A DNA stretch of 64,000 nt from Macrostomum lignano (GCA_002269645.1 NIVC01000218.1:80407-144406), one strand, 5' to 3'; positions 48,301 to 61,734 are shown, counted from the stretch's first letter. Numbers and translations are program-made. The notes: a model not told the origin generated them from the letters alone.

Positions 48301-49976
48301 GAGGAAGAGACTGGAGAGTAGATAGGGAGAGACTGGAGAGTAAATGAGGGAGAGACTGGAGAGTAGATAGGGAGAGACTGGAGAGTAGATAGGGAGAGAC
48401 TGGAGAGTAGATGAGGAAGAGACTGGAGAGTAACTGAGGAAGAGACTGGAGAGTAGATAGGGAGAGACTGGAGAGTAAATGGGGGAGAGACTGGAGAGTA
48501 GATAGGGAGAGACTGGAGAGTAGATGAGGAAGAGACTGGAGAGTAAATGAGGGAGAGACTGGAGAGTAGATGAGGGAGAGACTGGAGAGTAAATGAGGGA
48601 GAGACTGGAGAGTAGATAGGGAGAGACGAGAGTAGATAGGGAGAGACTGGAGAGTAGATAGGGAGAGACTGGAGAGTAGATAGGGAGAGACTTGAGAGTA
48701 GATAGGTAGAAATTGTAATGTAGATAGAGAGAGACTGGAGAGTAGATAGGGAGAGACTGGAGAGTAGATAGATAGAGACTTGAGGGTAGATAGGTAGAAA
48801 TTGTAATGTAGATAGGGAGAGACTTGAGAGTAGATAGGTAGAAATTGTAATGTAGATAGAGAGAGACTGGAGAGTAGATAGATAGAGACTTGAGAGTAGA
48901 TAGGTAGAAATTGTAATGTAGATAGAGAGAGACTTGAGAGTAGATAGGTAGAAATTGTAATGTAGATAGAGAGAGACTGGAGAGTAGATAGATAGAGACT
49001 TGAGAGTAGATAGGTAGAAATTGTAATGTAGATAGAGAGAGACTTGAGAGTAGATAGGTAGAAATTGTAATGTAGATAGAGAGAGACTGGAGAGTAGATA
49101 GGGAGAGACTCGAGACTCGATAGGGAGAGATTGGAGAGCAGATAAGGGAGATAGGGAGAGAATAAAATAGATATGGACAAAGTAGAGAGAGTAGATGTGT
49201 AGATTAGCGAGTAGATTACCGTAAACTGGGCTTTAGAATGACAGTAAGCATCGGCTCTTAGGTCTCAAATGGCAGCCAGGGGTGAGTAAAGGTCAGTTCA
49301 GTTGAGTAGCTAAAAGTACATATTTTAGCGGCGCATTCCACCCGCAGCACTGGAAGAATCGCGCACCCTGTTCGGCCTCCGCCTGCGCCAGCGACGCAAC
49401 GACGCTCGCATCGACCCGGCGGAGATGTTCGCCAAATTCTCCGCTGACGCTCGCCGCGACCTCACTGTGGCCACCATTGCCGTGAAGTACACGCAGTCCA
49501 ACAGCGTGTGTCTGGCCAAGGACGGCCAAGTCGTGGGCATCGGCGCCGGGCAGCAGTCGCGAGTTCACTGCACCCGCCTGGCCGCCAGCAAAGCTGACAA
49601 TTGGTGGCTGCGCCGGCATCCGAGGGCTGCTGAGTTGCGTTTTAAACGCGGCGTGAAACGACCGGAGATTGCTAATTATATCGATCGGTTCGTTGCCGAC
49701 GAACTGCTGTCCGGCGATGCCGAGCTGCTGGAGGACGCGGCTACTCGGCCGCTGGGGCCGGAAGAGCGCCGGGTTTGGCTGGAGAAGCTGACGGGCGTCT
49801 GTCTGAGTTCGGACGCGTTCTTCCCGTTCCGTGACAGCATCGACAGGGCGGCCAAGTCGGGCGTCAAATTTGTGTCGGCGCCGGGCGGCTCCGCTAACGA
49901 CGCCGAAGTGCTGGAGGCTTGCGGTCAGCACGGCATTGAGATCGCATTCTCTAATACTAGGCTGTTTCATCATTGA
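45363..49976 (+). CDS. ATIC: Bifunctional AICAR transformylase/IMP cyclohydrolase (PurH); exons 45363-45584, 46857-47341, 47679-48184, 49348-49976 (613 aa)
   Basis: [42 protein letters not shown]-like [65 protein letters not shown] and RLFHH*. Splice phases are consistent. Confidence 0.97.
45795..46735. repeat. 29/30-bp minisatellite (GAGGGTTTGGTGAGTCACTGAATTGTCCTC), ATIC intron 1; 31 copies of TGAGTCA
   Basis: Counted directly. Confidence 0.96.
48200..49190. repeat. GA-rich compound minisatellite (GAGACTGGAGAGTAGATAGGGA-type), ATIC intron 3
   Basis: Read directly. Confidence 0.93.
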
Positions 49977-50019
49977 GCGAGATTGACTAGCGATTATCGG
50001 TTTTCGCTGATTGGGTTCA

Positions 50020-50330
50020 GATTGTGTTAGTAGCAATTATCGATTTTTGTTAATTGGGTTTAGATTGTGTTAGTAGCAATTATCGATTTTTGTTAATCGG
50101 GTTTAGATTGTGTTATTAGTAGCAATTATCGATTTTTGTTAATTAGGTTTAGATAGTGTTAGTAGCAATTATCGATTTTTGTTAATTGGGTTAAGATTGT
50201 GTTAGTAGCAATTATCGATTTTTGTTAATTGGGTTTAGATTGTGTTAGTAGCAGGTTTAGTGTGTCAGGATTGTGTTAGGCAGGATTATCGATTTTTGTT
50301 AACTATCGATTTCGTTTATTGATTATAGGA
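50020..50330. repeat. ~43-bp tandem repeat immediately 3' of the ATIC stop
   Basis: ttagattgtgttagtagcaattatcgatttttgttaattgggt, ~6 copies. Confidence 0.88.
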
Positions 50331-51109
50331 ATAGCTTCCATTGGTTCCAATTTTCAGCACGCTGATAATCGATATTTAAACTAATAATATGAACTATGTT
50401 GCTATTAGTGAGTTAATTAAGTATCGATAATGGTTGTCATTATCTATTTAGAGTTACTTCATTTTCGTTATTAATCGGTCGGTTATCGATTATTTATTGA
50501 TTCTGTAGCTGCTTAACTATTTGGACCTGAATTATTCATTGATAAATTTCAAAATTCAAAACTTCAAATTGCTGCTTGTCCCGGTTAAAGTTTTCTATAA
50601 ATTGCGTTTGTTTTTTCAAGTAAATAATCTCGCAGCTGTTTTTGGCGCTAATAACTAAATTATTATTAAAAGTAGCGCCACTGTACCGAAGCAAAGTTCG
50701 CTGTTTAAATTATACACAAATACAATTCGATAACCGCATTAACAGTTAAGATTCAATGCAACACCTTTTTGCTATTGCTGACGTTTCTTTAAACCGAATG
50801 ATTATTTTTGTCCTTCAGTTGTTTTCTCGATTGACTTGTTAAAATGATTAGCAAGGCTTTATTACCTACTAGCAACTGTTACTCATTGACCAATTTGGCG
50901 AAATCGATTCACGTGGGATTCATTCGATTCTAGATTCGAGAATTTAGTGTGAGATTATTGATTGTAAAAATATCTTTCCTGTAATTTGTAAGAAATTCAG
51001 TACAAACACCTAGATGCTAATGAGCAGATGCAGCATCCTAATTCTTTAAATTTCAACGCTTTGCTGCACAATCGTTTAGCATTTCAAGAACATAGACAGC
51101 AGCCTACAG

Positions 51110-51690
51110 GTCATGGGACAGCACAAGTGGCTATGGAAGCTCTTGCATGTCAATTGTGGTCATAATGACAGGGATTGACAGCACAAGTGGCTATGGAAGC
51201 TCTTGCAGGTCAATTGTGGTCATAATGACAGGGATTGACAGCACAAGTGGCTATGGAAGCTCTTGCAGGTCAATTGTGGTCATAATGACAGCACAAGTGG
51301 CTATGAAAGCTCTTGCAGGTCACTGCGGTGACTGTGGTCATAATGACAGCAAGTGGCTATGGCATCCTGAAGGTCACTGTGGTGACTGCGTTCATAATGA
51401 CAGCACAAGTGGCTATGGCAGCCTGCAGGTCACTGTGGTCATAATGACAGCACAAGTGGCTATGGCAGCCTGCAGGTCACTGTGGTCATAATGACAGCAC
51501 AAGTGGCTATGGAAGCTCTTGCAGGTCACTGGTGACTGCGGTCATAATGACAGCGCAGGTAGCTATGGCAGCCTGCAGGTCACTGTGAGTGATGACTGCG
51601 GTCATAGGGACAGCACAGGTAGCTACATGTACATGTATGGCAGCCTGCAGGTCACTGTGATGGCTGCGGTCATAATGACAGCTATTACAG
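51110..51690. repeat. Degenerate compound minisatellite (GGTCATAATGACAGCACAAGTGGCTATGG...)
   Basis: Read directly. Confidence 0.88.
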
Positions 51691-52224
51691 GTAGCTATGG
51701 CTTACATCAACATGTAAGCCTACATCACTACATCATGCTTACATCATGTCGATTAGGAAATGAAAAGAACACAGAAATGTTTTGTTGTTCAAAAAGAAGC
51801 GCAATGGCCAAACCAAGGTGAAAGCAACAAACAGCTTTCGCAGTAAATTACCCAAAATCAACCTTGTGGTCGCCCAGGTAAACCAACATATTGATTGCCT
51901 TGTGTATTTGTTCGTGCTGTTGTTTAAACTGAATAAAACAAACAATAAACGAAGTGAAAAATATCAAAAAGCTGACAGAAAGGCGCGACTAAAATTTAAA
52001 ATATTAAGCTAAGCTAAACTATGCTGTGGGCGCGTGCGAATGTGCATTGACCACATTTGCAAAGTTTCAATATTTTTTTTCACTGTGAAAAACAAAAAAC
52101 GACAAATAGTTAATTGAAAAATAACTTTTATCTCTTCAGCTGTTTAGTTCAATTGCGTAATTAAGTAAAAACAAACGTGAATATTATAGCCCATTCACTC
52201 TCTTACTAAATATACAGGACCACT

Positions 52225-52650
52225 CCCCTAATGTACATTGACCCTCTCTTCCTAATGTACATTGACTCTCTTCCTAATGTACATTGACTCTCTCTCCCTA
52301 ATGTACAATAACCCTCTCTCCCTAATGTACATTGACTCTCTCTACCTAATGTACATTGACCCTCTCTCCCTAATGTACATTGATCCTCTCTCCCTAATGT
52401 ACATTGACCCTCTCTCCCTAATGCACATTGATCCTCTCTCCCTAATGTAAATTTACTCTCTCTCTAATGTACATTGACCCTTTCACACTAAATGTACGCT
52501 GGCCCGCTCTCCCTAATGTACATTGACTCCCTCTACCTAATGTACATTGACTCTCTCTACCTAATGTACATTGACCCTTTCTACCTAATGTACATTGACC
52601 TCTCTCTCCCTAATGTACACTGACGCGCTCTCTCTAATGTACATTGACCG
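52225..52650. repeat. 24-bp minisatellite (CCTAATGTACATTGACCCTCTCTC)
   Basis: About 17 units read directly. Confidence 0.92.
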
Positions 52651-54129
52651 CCTCTCACTGAAAGGCAAAAATTCATGGGCCTGTGCATTCAATTGCCCTT
52701 ACAAAACCACTCATAAACAACAAATGTGCAGCGGTGAGACAGGGAAATTAATTATTACTTTTTAACACATCAATCTAAAAGTAAAGTAGGAGGCAAAAAA
52801 TAAAAGAATGAATTACTCCATTTTGTTAGCTAAAATATGTTTCTACAACTATTATTATTATCATTAGTAGTAGTAGTAGTAGTAAAACTAATATGATCTA
52901 TAACTACATAAAAGTTTTGAGCCAGCTCAATTAAATGCTTAAGGTATTCAGATTCGAATCGAATCAATAGTATAATTCAACAGCTGCATTTTATATCAAC
53001 TACTTACTATTAGTACTATATATATGATGGTGTGCACAAGTCAATTGCTGAAGCAGACCGGATAGACAGACACGAGATAAAAAAGCAGAGATTGAAAGAA
53101 GAAAAAACGCACTGTTTTGTTAATTTTCTAAAACTGTAACTAATTGCTGTTCTACAGAAAAACTGCTACTCACGCACGCGCGCTTACTCAAGCTTAAAAG
53201 AGCACCTTAGCTATGAGAAAAAGTATTGGTGACCTTAAATATTTCTAGGTAATTAAAAGACTGACAGATTAATCTAGTATTTAATGAACTAAAAAGAACT
53301 TCAAGCAAAAAAAATTCAAACAATAAAATATACTAATAAGCTATTTGCATTGGAAATCACATGAAAATTTGTTAATAACTACACGGCAAACTGTAAAACA
53401 GCCATTCTAAACCTACCTAAAGTATTCGAAGCAGATGCATACAGAAATTATACAATAATATACTAATTTACTTAATAAAACAAAGATTGCTACTAAGAGT
53501 AGACAGTAGCTAATTTAATTAATAAAGATAATTTTGCTTGGGCTACATAATTTAGTTCGATACTTTATAAGGGACAATTTGTATTCATAATTTTTAAAGA
53601 TAAATACTAAGTTACTAAACTCAAGAATGCTACTTACAGTAGCTAAATTAGGTAAACTTTTTCATAGTAACAGTGGAAGCTAATTTCGGCAAAGCTACAT
53701 TTGCTCAAAAGATTATAAAATCACAAGGGGAGACAATAGCAGAAAATACAAGCTAACGGGTTTGCAATCTTTTCTTTCAAAATAAAAGTGCACATAAATA
53801 AACAATCCTTGTACACCGTATATAGGCCCCATTAATTTTTTGTCTAAATTTGCTTAACAAATGCAATTCTTATTCTTTGCAAAACGCAAAGTAATTTGAT
53901 AAAAAATTATCTATAGCTCCGTCAGAAGTCAGTTAAAATACAATGCCGCCAATTATTGACGACATTTCGAAAGCTTTGTAGGAAAAACTATGTAGGCAAG
54001 GAGCCTTCAGTCTTATTAATGTGTACCGCTGCATGCGTTGGTAAAAGAGAGGGTTGGCGTTGAAAATAAATCATCTTTGGTGTTCAAAATCAAAATGAGG
54101 CAGGGAGTGAAAGGAGGGTAAAGACAGGA

Positions 54130-54845
54130 GAGTAGAGAATGGAGTAGGTAGAGAAGGGAGAGTAGGTAGAGAAGGGAGAGTAGGCAGAGAAGGGAGAGTA
54201 GGTAGAGAATGGAGAGTAGGTAGAGAATGGAGAGTAGGTAGAGAAGGGAGAGTAGGCAGAGAAGGGAGAGTAGGTAGAGAATGAAGAGTAGGTAGAGAAG
54301 GGAGAGTAGGTAGAGAAGGGAGAGTAGGTAGAGAAGGGAGAGTAGGCAGAGAAGGGAGAGTAGGTAGAGAATGAAGAGTAGGTAGAGAAGGGAGAGTAGG
54401 TAGAGAATGGAGAGTAGGTAGAGAATGGAGAGTAGGTAGAGAAGGGAGGGTAGGCAGAGAAGGGAGAGTAGGTAGAGAAGGGAGAGTAGGTAGAGAAGGG
54501 AGAGTAGGTAGAGAAGGGAGGGTAGGCAGAGAAGGGAGAGTAGGTAGAGAAGGGAGAGTAGGTAGAGAATGGAGAGTAGGTAGAGAAGGGAGGGTAGGCA
54601 GAGAAGGGAGAGTAGGTAGAGAAGGGAGAGTAGGTAGAGAAGGGAGAGTAGGTAGAGAAGGGAGAGTAGGTAGAGAAGGGAGAGTAGGTAGAGAAGGGAG
54701 AGTAGGTAGAGAATGGAGAGTAGGTAGAGAAGGGAGAGTAGGTAGAGAATGGAGAGTAGGTAGAGAAGGGAGAGTAGGTAGAGAAGGGAGAGTAGGTAGA
54801 GAATGGAGAGTAGGTAGAGAAAGGAGAGTAAGTAGAGAATGGAAG
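54130..54845. repeat. 18-bp minisatellite (GAGAGTAGGTAGAGAAGG) downstream of the ENPP gene
   Basis: About 39 units read directly. Confidence 0.95.
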
Positions 54846-55084
54846 CAATGGTAGAGCAGGAAATGAAGAGGCTCAAAGTGAGACTCAGTATAAGAGGGCT
54901 TGAAAGAGCTGGAGGCTACAGAAATATTGACACAGTAGCTAATCAGCTACAGAAGAAGCAGAAGAAGCAGAAGAAGCAGAAGAAGCAGAATCAGAAGAAG
55001 ACGGAATTGAGCAATGCATCTATGCATATTGGTGCAATAAAGCACTCAGCTAATATCCTCACTGGGAAACAACTAGCAAAATTG

Positions 55085-58000
55085 TCAGAGTTCAAAAACC
55101 AGCTGCAGCGTCATCAGCAGCAGAATCGCCGCTGCACTGCTACTAGAAGAAGACCGACAGATTACAGATTCTGCACCGGAAGTAGGCGACTTGGCGTTGA
55201 GTCTATCGAGCATCAGGGCCGCTGATTCGTCGTTGTGTTTCCTCTCCATACCCGAGGCGGGGTCATCATCATCCTTTAGCAGCAGGTCGCCGAGCAGTCG
55301 AGAGCTGCTCTGACGTCGCCAGATCCGATTCCGATAATGCTGCTCGCTATCCTTCAATCCTAGCAGGCGCCTCATCAACGGATAAACATCCAGACTCTCT
55401 ACTGCATCGAAGCCTATAGTAGCATTGCTCAGGAATTTGCCAGGCTGAACCAGAGGCCCGGCTACTAACACTGCCGTGTGCATATCCTTAGCAACCGGGT
55501 CGTAGCCGTGCCAGCCCCTGGCCGGCCCGCTGGAATAGCTGGGATAGTGCCGGTGGAATGTTTCTACGAAAATGCCCGGCTCGGCCAGCAGAGAGATCGG
55601 CGGCAGGCGGGCGCTGACCGCCGGCTGCTCAGGCTGGTTGGCCACCCGAGGGTAGAAACGGCTGATCAGCTGGGCGTCTGTCAGCACCTCCACGTGCGGG
55701 TGCTGGCTCTGCATCAGCTGCGGCGGTGGGGTTGGGTTCGTTTTCACTCACTTATTCACTCACTTATTCACTCACTTATTCACTCACTTATTCGCTCACT
55801 TATTCACTCACTTATTCGCTCACTCCTTTACTCACCCATTCACTCACTCACTTATTAACTCAACCATTCATTCACTTCTTCACTCACCTATCTAATCACT
55901 ACTTCGCTCACTCTTTCACTCACTCATTCACTCAACCATTCACTCGCTTATTTACTCACCCATTCACTCAATCATTCACACACTCCCTCGTTTACTTGCT
56001 CACTCACTCACTCACTCACTCACTCACTCATCAATTCACTTATTCACTCACTCAGCCATTTACTCAATCACTCGCTCACTCACCTGCATCATCTGCCACA
56101 GGCTCTGATTCTTGCCGGGCACTGGCCACACGCCCACAGCGGCCCCAACGTGCACAACCCGCAGCACATCGGAGTGCTTAGCGAAATTCTGCAGATCAGC
56201 CCGATCAGCCTTGACCACCCCGGACATGCCGTGATCCCCAATCACCAGCAGGTGAGCGCCGGCGCTGGCGCCCCAGTCGCTGTCAACAATCTGCTTAGTA
56301 GCCAACCTGACCAGCACGTCAATCTGACGCAGAAGCCGGCGCCGATTAGTGGCAGACTCGGGGCCAAACCGATGCCCGCCCCAGTCTAGCAGATCGACGT
56401 ACAGCACCACTAAATCGGCGTAGCCATTGCGCATCGATTTTGCACCTGCGCGTGCATTTCATATTGCGTCATGAGTTAGCTGGTTCAACATTATTTAGTA
56501 ACAAATATCTTAGCTCGCTACTAACAGTAGAGAAATTAGAATCTTATGCTAACAATGTTTTTATCTAAAAATCTAAACGACTCTACATATCGGCAAATTC
56601 ACAAATTTATTAATTTACTACTACGGAGCAAAGTTTATTGTCAAGAAAGACCAAAACAGACTACTGACTACAGCAACAATGATAGTTGTACTTTTAACTA
56701 ACAAGAAAGTTACGTATTTACCTAACATATTGGCGCAAAGGCAGGGAGTTCTAAAGAAAAAAGGCAAATTCTATTTATATCAATCAATTACAGTACTTAT
56801 AGTAGTTTTTCTGTGTAATTTTTGTTTAGCTTTTACCAATCGACGAGGTGAAAATAACAGGGCGTAGAAAATAAGATGTTGAGACTATTGATGGAGGAAA
56901 GTAAAATTAATTAGCAGAATTTTAGCTACTGAAAGTAGAAGGTATAGAAAATTGTTCCAGAAACACTACTAACAGTATAAAGCAATCTATAAAGTTATCT
57001 ACTCAACATATCGGCAATATTTATCTCACCTTCTAACAATGCCGATTGAACCTCTTCTAAAGGGGCCATTGTGCGATAGGGCCTGGCGCACACGGATGGA
57101 CCGTAGTTGCCAGAGTAGGCGCAACCGGGAAGGTAATATAACAGGCTGCGCCTGCCTACCCTCGAAAGCGAGTCCCACAGTGTCTCAACTCCCAGTTCGG
57201 TGTGCAGAAGCGACATCAGACCGGGCGAACTCTTATTGAATATGGCATCCAACGATGGGTCGTAGTTTTCATTGCCAACCAGGCCGTGATGGTGAGGATA
57301 GACGCCTTAAGGAATGCAAATTAGTACTAATAGTAGTGTAGAGATTTTAGGAAATAATTAATAAAATTTAGTATTGATAAACATAGATTTCGAAATTCCG
57401 GATTCAACAGATTTCGGATTCTAAGACTTTTAAGATTTTGGAAATTGAGATGCCTAGATACTGGACCATTTTAAATTTGGGATTCTCGGATTCCGGATTT
57501 TGAGATTTAAGATTTTCAGATTCAGGATTTGGGATTTAGGATTAGGGATTCTTTGATTCAGGATTTCGGGATTAGGGATTCTCAGATTCAGGATTTGGGA
57601 TTCTCAGATTCAGGATTTTGGGATTAGGGATTCTTTGATTCAGGATTTTGGGATTAGGGATTCTTTGATTCAGGATTTTGGGATTAGGATTCTTTGATTC
57701 AGGATTTTGGGATTAGGATTCTTTGATTCAGGATATTGGGATTAGGATTCTTTGATTCAGGATTTTGGGATTAGGATTCTTTGATTCAGGATATTGGGAT
57801 TTGGGATTCTCAGATTCAGGATTTGGGATTCTTAGATTCGGGATTTTAACGATTAGGGATATTCTCAGATTAAATATTTTTGGGGATTTGGGAGTCTCAG
57901 ATTAAATATTTTTGGGGATTTGGGATTTTTACTTTCCATTTTTGGGATTCGCGGTTTCAGGATTCAAGCAATAAAGAACTCACCGGTAAACATGGAGTAG

Positions 58001-58263
58001 ATGTTGGGCAGGCACAGGCTAGGGTACACTGGTCTCAACGGCAGAACGGAAGCGCCACGCTGCCTGAGGCGAGAAAAGCCAGTCAGATTGGAATCCAACG
58101 GATAATCCCAGCGAAGGCCGTCTAGCAGCAGAACGAAGAGCGGCGCCTGGCCTCCAGACGACGAAGCCGACGAAATCGCATGGCAACCGGCTGGCAACCG
58201 GCAACTAGCGATTAGTAGCCACGTGTACAAACTAATCGAAGACAATGCCGAGGTCATTAACAT
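55085..58263 (-). CDS. ENPP-family (ENPP6-like) ecto-nucleotide pyrophosphatase/phosphodiesterase; exons 58263-57984, 57305-57030, 56445-56084, 55717-55085 (516 aa)
   Basis: Signal peptide; LLLDGLRWDY; VYPSLCLPNIYSMFTGVYPHHHGLVGN; DWGGHRFGP; VIGDHGM; GWHGYD; DVYPLMRRLLGL; hydrophobic, GPI-signal-like C-terminus. All introns are GT-AG and phase-compatible. Confidence 0.9.
55745..56080. repeat. (CACT/CATT)n-rich repeat, ENPP intron 3
   Basis: Read directly. Confidence 0.9.
57400..57960. repeat. ~29-30-bp minisatellite (GATTCAGGATTTTGGGATTAGGATTCTTT), ENPP intron 1
   Basis: Read directly. Confidence 0.88.
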
Positions 58264-58544
58264 TCCAAGGAGAACTTACTGCTTTTCTGAAGTTCGGCTC
58301 TGCAAACGACTGGGAAAAGTAATTTGAAGAAAAAAACAATAAAGTTAGTTAAACCAGACTATATAGTAGCAATGAAGAGCTGTGTGCACGCAATAAATCA
58401 TGTAGCCTCTATATATCATAAAGCATTATAGTAAGCTCAATAGAAACACCTGCCATATAATGGGGTACTTTAGGAAACAGGGCGGCCATGAATAACTGAC
58501 GCACGGCAATCTCGTGTTCTTGGTATACAAACAGAAAATAGACA

Positions 58545-58851
58545 GCAGAATGACAGACGGACAGACAGGCAGGCAGACAGACAGGCAGGAAAGCAAACAG
58601 ACAGGCAGACAGGCAGACAGACAGAGACAGACAGACAGACAGCAGACACTAAAACAGACAGACAGACGGACACTAAGGCACTAAGACAGAAAGACAGGCA
58701 GACACTAAGACAGACAGACAGACAGATAGACAGACACTAAGGCACTAAGACAGAAAGACAGACAGATAGACAGACACTAAGACACTAAGACAGACAGACA
58801 GACAGATAGACAGACACTAAGACACTAAGACAGAAAGACAGGCAGACACTA

Positions 58852-58900
<49 letters not shown>

Positions 58901-59095
58901 CTAAGACAGACAGACAGACAGACACTAAGACAGAAAGACAGACAGACACTAAGACACGAAGACAGACACTAAGACACTAAGACAGACACTAAGACACGAA
59001 GACAGACACTAAGACACTAAGACAGACACTAAGACACTAAGACAGACACTAAGACACTAAGACACTAAGACAGACAGACAGACAGACAGACACAC
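58545..59095. repeat. (GACA)n compound microsatellite with CACTAAGACAG motifs
   Basis: Read directly; same family as 40228-40622. Confidence 0.93.
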
Positions 59096-59914
59096 AGAGT
59101 CAGATTCTATAGAAACAGGTGTTACCATTAAGCCGCAAGGTGCACTAAGGTGACATCTGCAAACATAAGCCAGCTTATCTATAACAAAAGAAAAAATTAA
59201 AAGTTCTTGCAAGACATAGCGATAGTAAAAATCGTTATGCTTTTAATCAGTTTATTTAACTATTTTCATTTTCTCCGATACACACATATAGTACTACTTA
59301 TCATCACTAGTTCAGTAGTTTATTCGCGCCTAATTAGAGACAAGAATCGGAGGGAAACACTCGATACTAATGGAAATAAACCATATAAATATTGAACAAC
59401 TTACGTAGAAAGTACAACATTATAATAACGGCATTGGTTTCCGTGTGGATATAAGATTTAAAAAATTGTCTTTATCAAAATCATCTCTAAGGTGCAAATA
59501 TTCCGCGTAATCAATGTTTAACTTAGCGAAGTTCATGATGTACTCATACTGCTAGGAGATAATTCTATTCGTTTAAAAAGGACACCAGGACATTTAAAAA
59601 ACCAAGTTAGGTTTTTGAAAACTTTGGAAAAATTGCATTTTACGAACTAATGTAACTGGTTTGTGCAAATTTAAATAAATAAGCAAGCTAGAAAAAAAGT
59701 ATAATCAATATTTATCATATAGTACTGACAGTAGGTTGATTGACTACGCGAAAAAATATAAATAACACAAACCAGTCAATCGGCAGCGGATAGAAACTGT
59801 TGAAAACTTAGTAATAAACTTATTAATAAGCACTCTTACAGAAGCATTTATTTAATAAATATATTTATCAAGAATCTAGCAATGTACATGCACAGATAAA
59901 TACAGCAAGAAAGC

Positions 59915-60800
59915 GCTCTACTTCCGGCTAGCAAATGATGTACTATTGATAGGGCAGTTATACCCTACTTCCGGTTGGCATCTGGTGTACTATTAGGCGA
60001 CTGTTAAACCTTAACTTTCGTTTAGCAACTGGTACATTATGTGACTGCCAAACCATACTTCCGGTTGGCAACTGATGTGCCTTAGGGGGACTGTTAAACA
60101 TTACTTCCGGTTGGCAACAGATGTACTATTAGGAGACTGTTAAACCCTACTTCCGGTTGGCATCTGATGTATCATAGGGGGACTGTTAAACATTACTTCC
60201 GGTTGGCATCTGATGTGTCATAGGGGGACTGTTAAACATTACTTCCGGTTGGCATCTGATGTGTCATAGGGGGACTGTTAAACATTACTTCCGGTTGGCA
60301 TCTAATGTACTATTAGGTGACTGTTAAACATTACTTCCGGTTGGCATCTAATGTACTATTAGGTGACTGTTAAACATTACTTCCGGTTGGCATCTGATGT
60401 GTCATAGGGGGACTGTTAAACATTACTTCCGGTTGGCATCTGATGTGTCATAGGGGGACTGTTAAACCCTACTTCCGGTTGGCATCTGATGTGTCATAGG
60501 GGGACTGTTAAACCCTACTTCCGGTTGGCATCTGATGTGTCATAGGGGGACTGTTAAAGCCTACTTCCGGTTGGCATCTGATATATCATAGGGGGACTGT
60601 TAAAGCCTACTTCCGGTTGGCATCTGATATATCATAGGGGGACTGTTAAAGCCTACTTCCGGTTGGCATCTGATATATCATAGGGGGACTGTTAAAGCCT
60701 ACTTCCGGTTGGCATCTGATATATCATAGGGGGACTGTTAAAGCCTACTTCCGGTTGGCATCTGATGTATCATAGGGGGTGTTGAACTCTACTTCCGGTT
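59915..60800. repeat. 46-bp minisatellite carrying 19 copies of ACTTCCGG
   Basis: Unit tacttccggttggcatctgatgtgtcatagggggactgttaaacat; copies counted directly. Confidence 0.95.
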
Positions 60801-61734
60801 TTCAGCGAAAGAAACACATCTCGGTGTCAACAGATTGTTAAGCATGCATACACAACCAGTAAACTGTTTCCAGGAATAAGCAATAAAAGTACAAAAAACG
60901 AAGGGGGGGCACAATGAGCAAGCCAAATGAACTGGCTAGTATAAAAAAGCAGCAAGAGAAAATCTGTATAAAACACGCAATGCATGGTTACTAAATTCCG
61001 AACATGACATGGCAGGGCATTTAGGATACACAATTTAATGGAATAAAAATGGAGTTAAAACACCATAGAGATGATGTTGTTAGCTTACCTGTAATACTAA
61101 CAAATACATAATTATAGTGACAAATAGCAATGGTTTTCAAACTGTAAAATACAATATAGCGAAAGCAATTACAAAATGAAAGCGGGAAATACAAAACGAA
61201 AAACTGGTCAATTATTTTCTCACTATCGTGAGACATACGCTCATATAAAGTAGAAGATAAAGAATTGGCCAAACTCAAAAAAAGACAAAAAATAATTAAA
61301 TTATCTCCGTATTAATTTGTCAATTGGTTTGTCAAAAAGTCAGCACAACAAATTTGCTTTAAATCATACAGAATTTAAGACTGGCCTTTATCTAAGATTT
61401 AAAAGGACTATAGCGAGAATAATTAAATAGTATAAATATTTATATTACTGTCAGTAGGCAAGTCTGGACTCTTAAGTAGATAAAAAATAAGTACAATTTA
61501 TAGCAATGAGGAATGAATGGGCAACACAGACAAGCAGAAGATAAATATGTAGATTACTACTGGCAATAAAAGCCGTACATAGATGGAACGTTTTGGTCAT
61601 TATTTTGGAAAATTTCAAATTTATAGCAGTTTGTCCTACAGTACTTTTGCAAAATTTGTTTTATTCTCTTGGTGATTTTATATGTACGAGCTAAATGTGA
61701 TTTTAAATGTACATTATGTTGGGTTTGGGGGTTA

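Noticed and set aside
49293-50036. 247-aa antisense ORF over ATIC exon 4 (and similar antisense ORFs over the RTE and RTTN exons)
   Set aside because: These are shadow ORFs expected from GC-rich coding sequence; no motifs were recognised.
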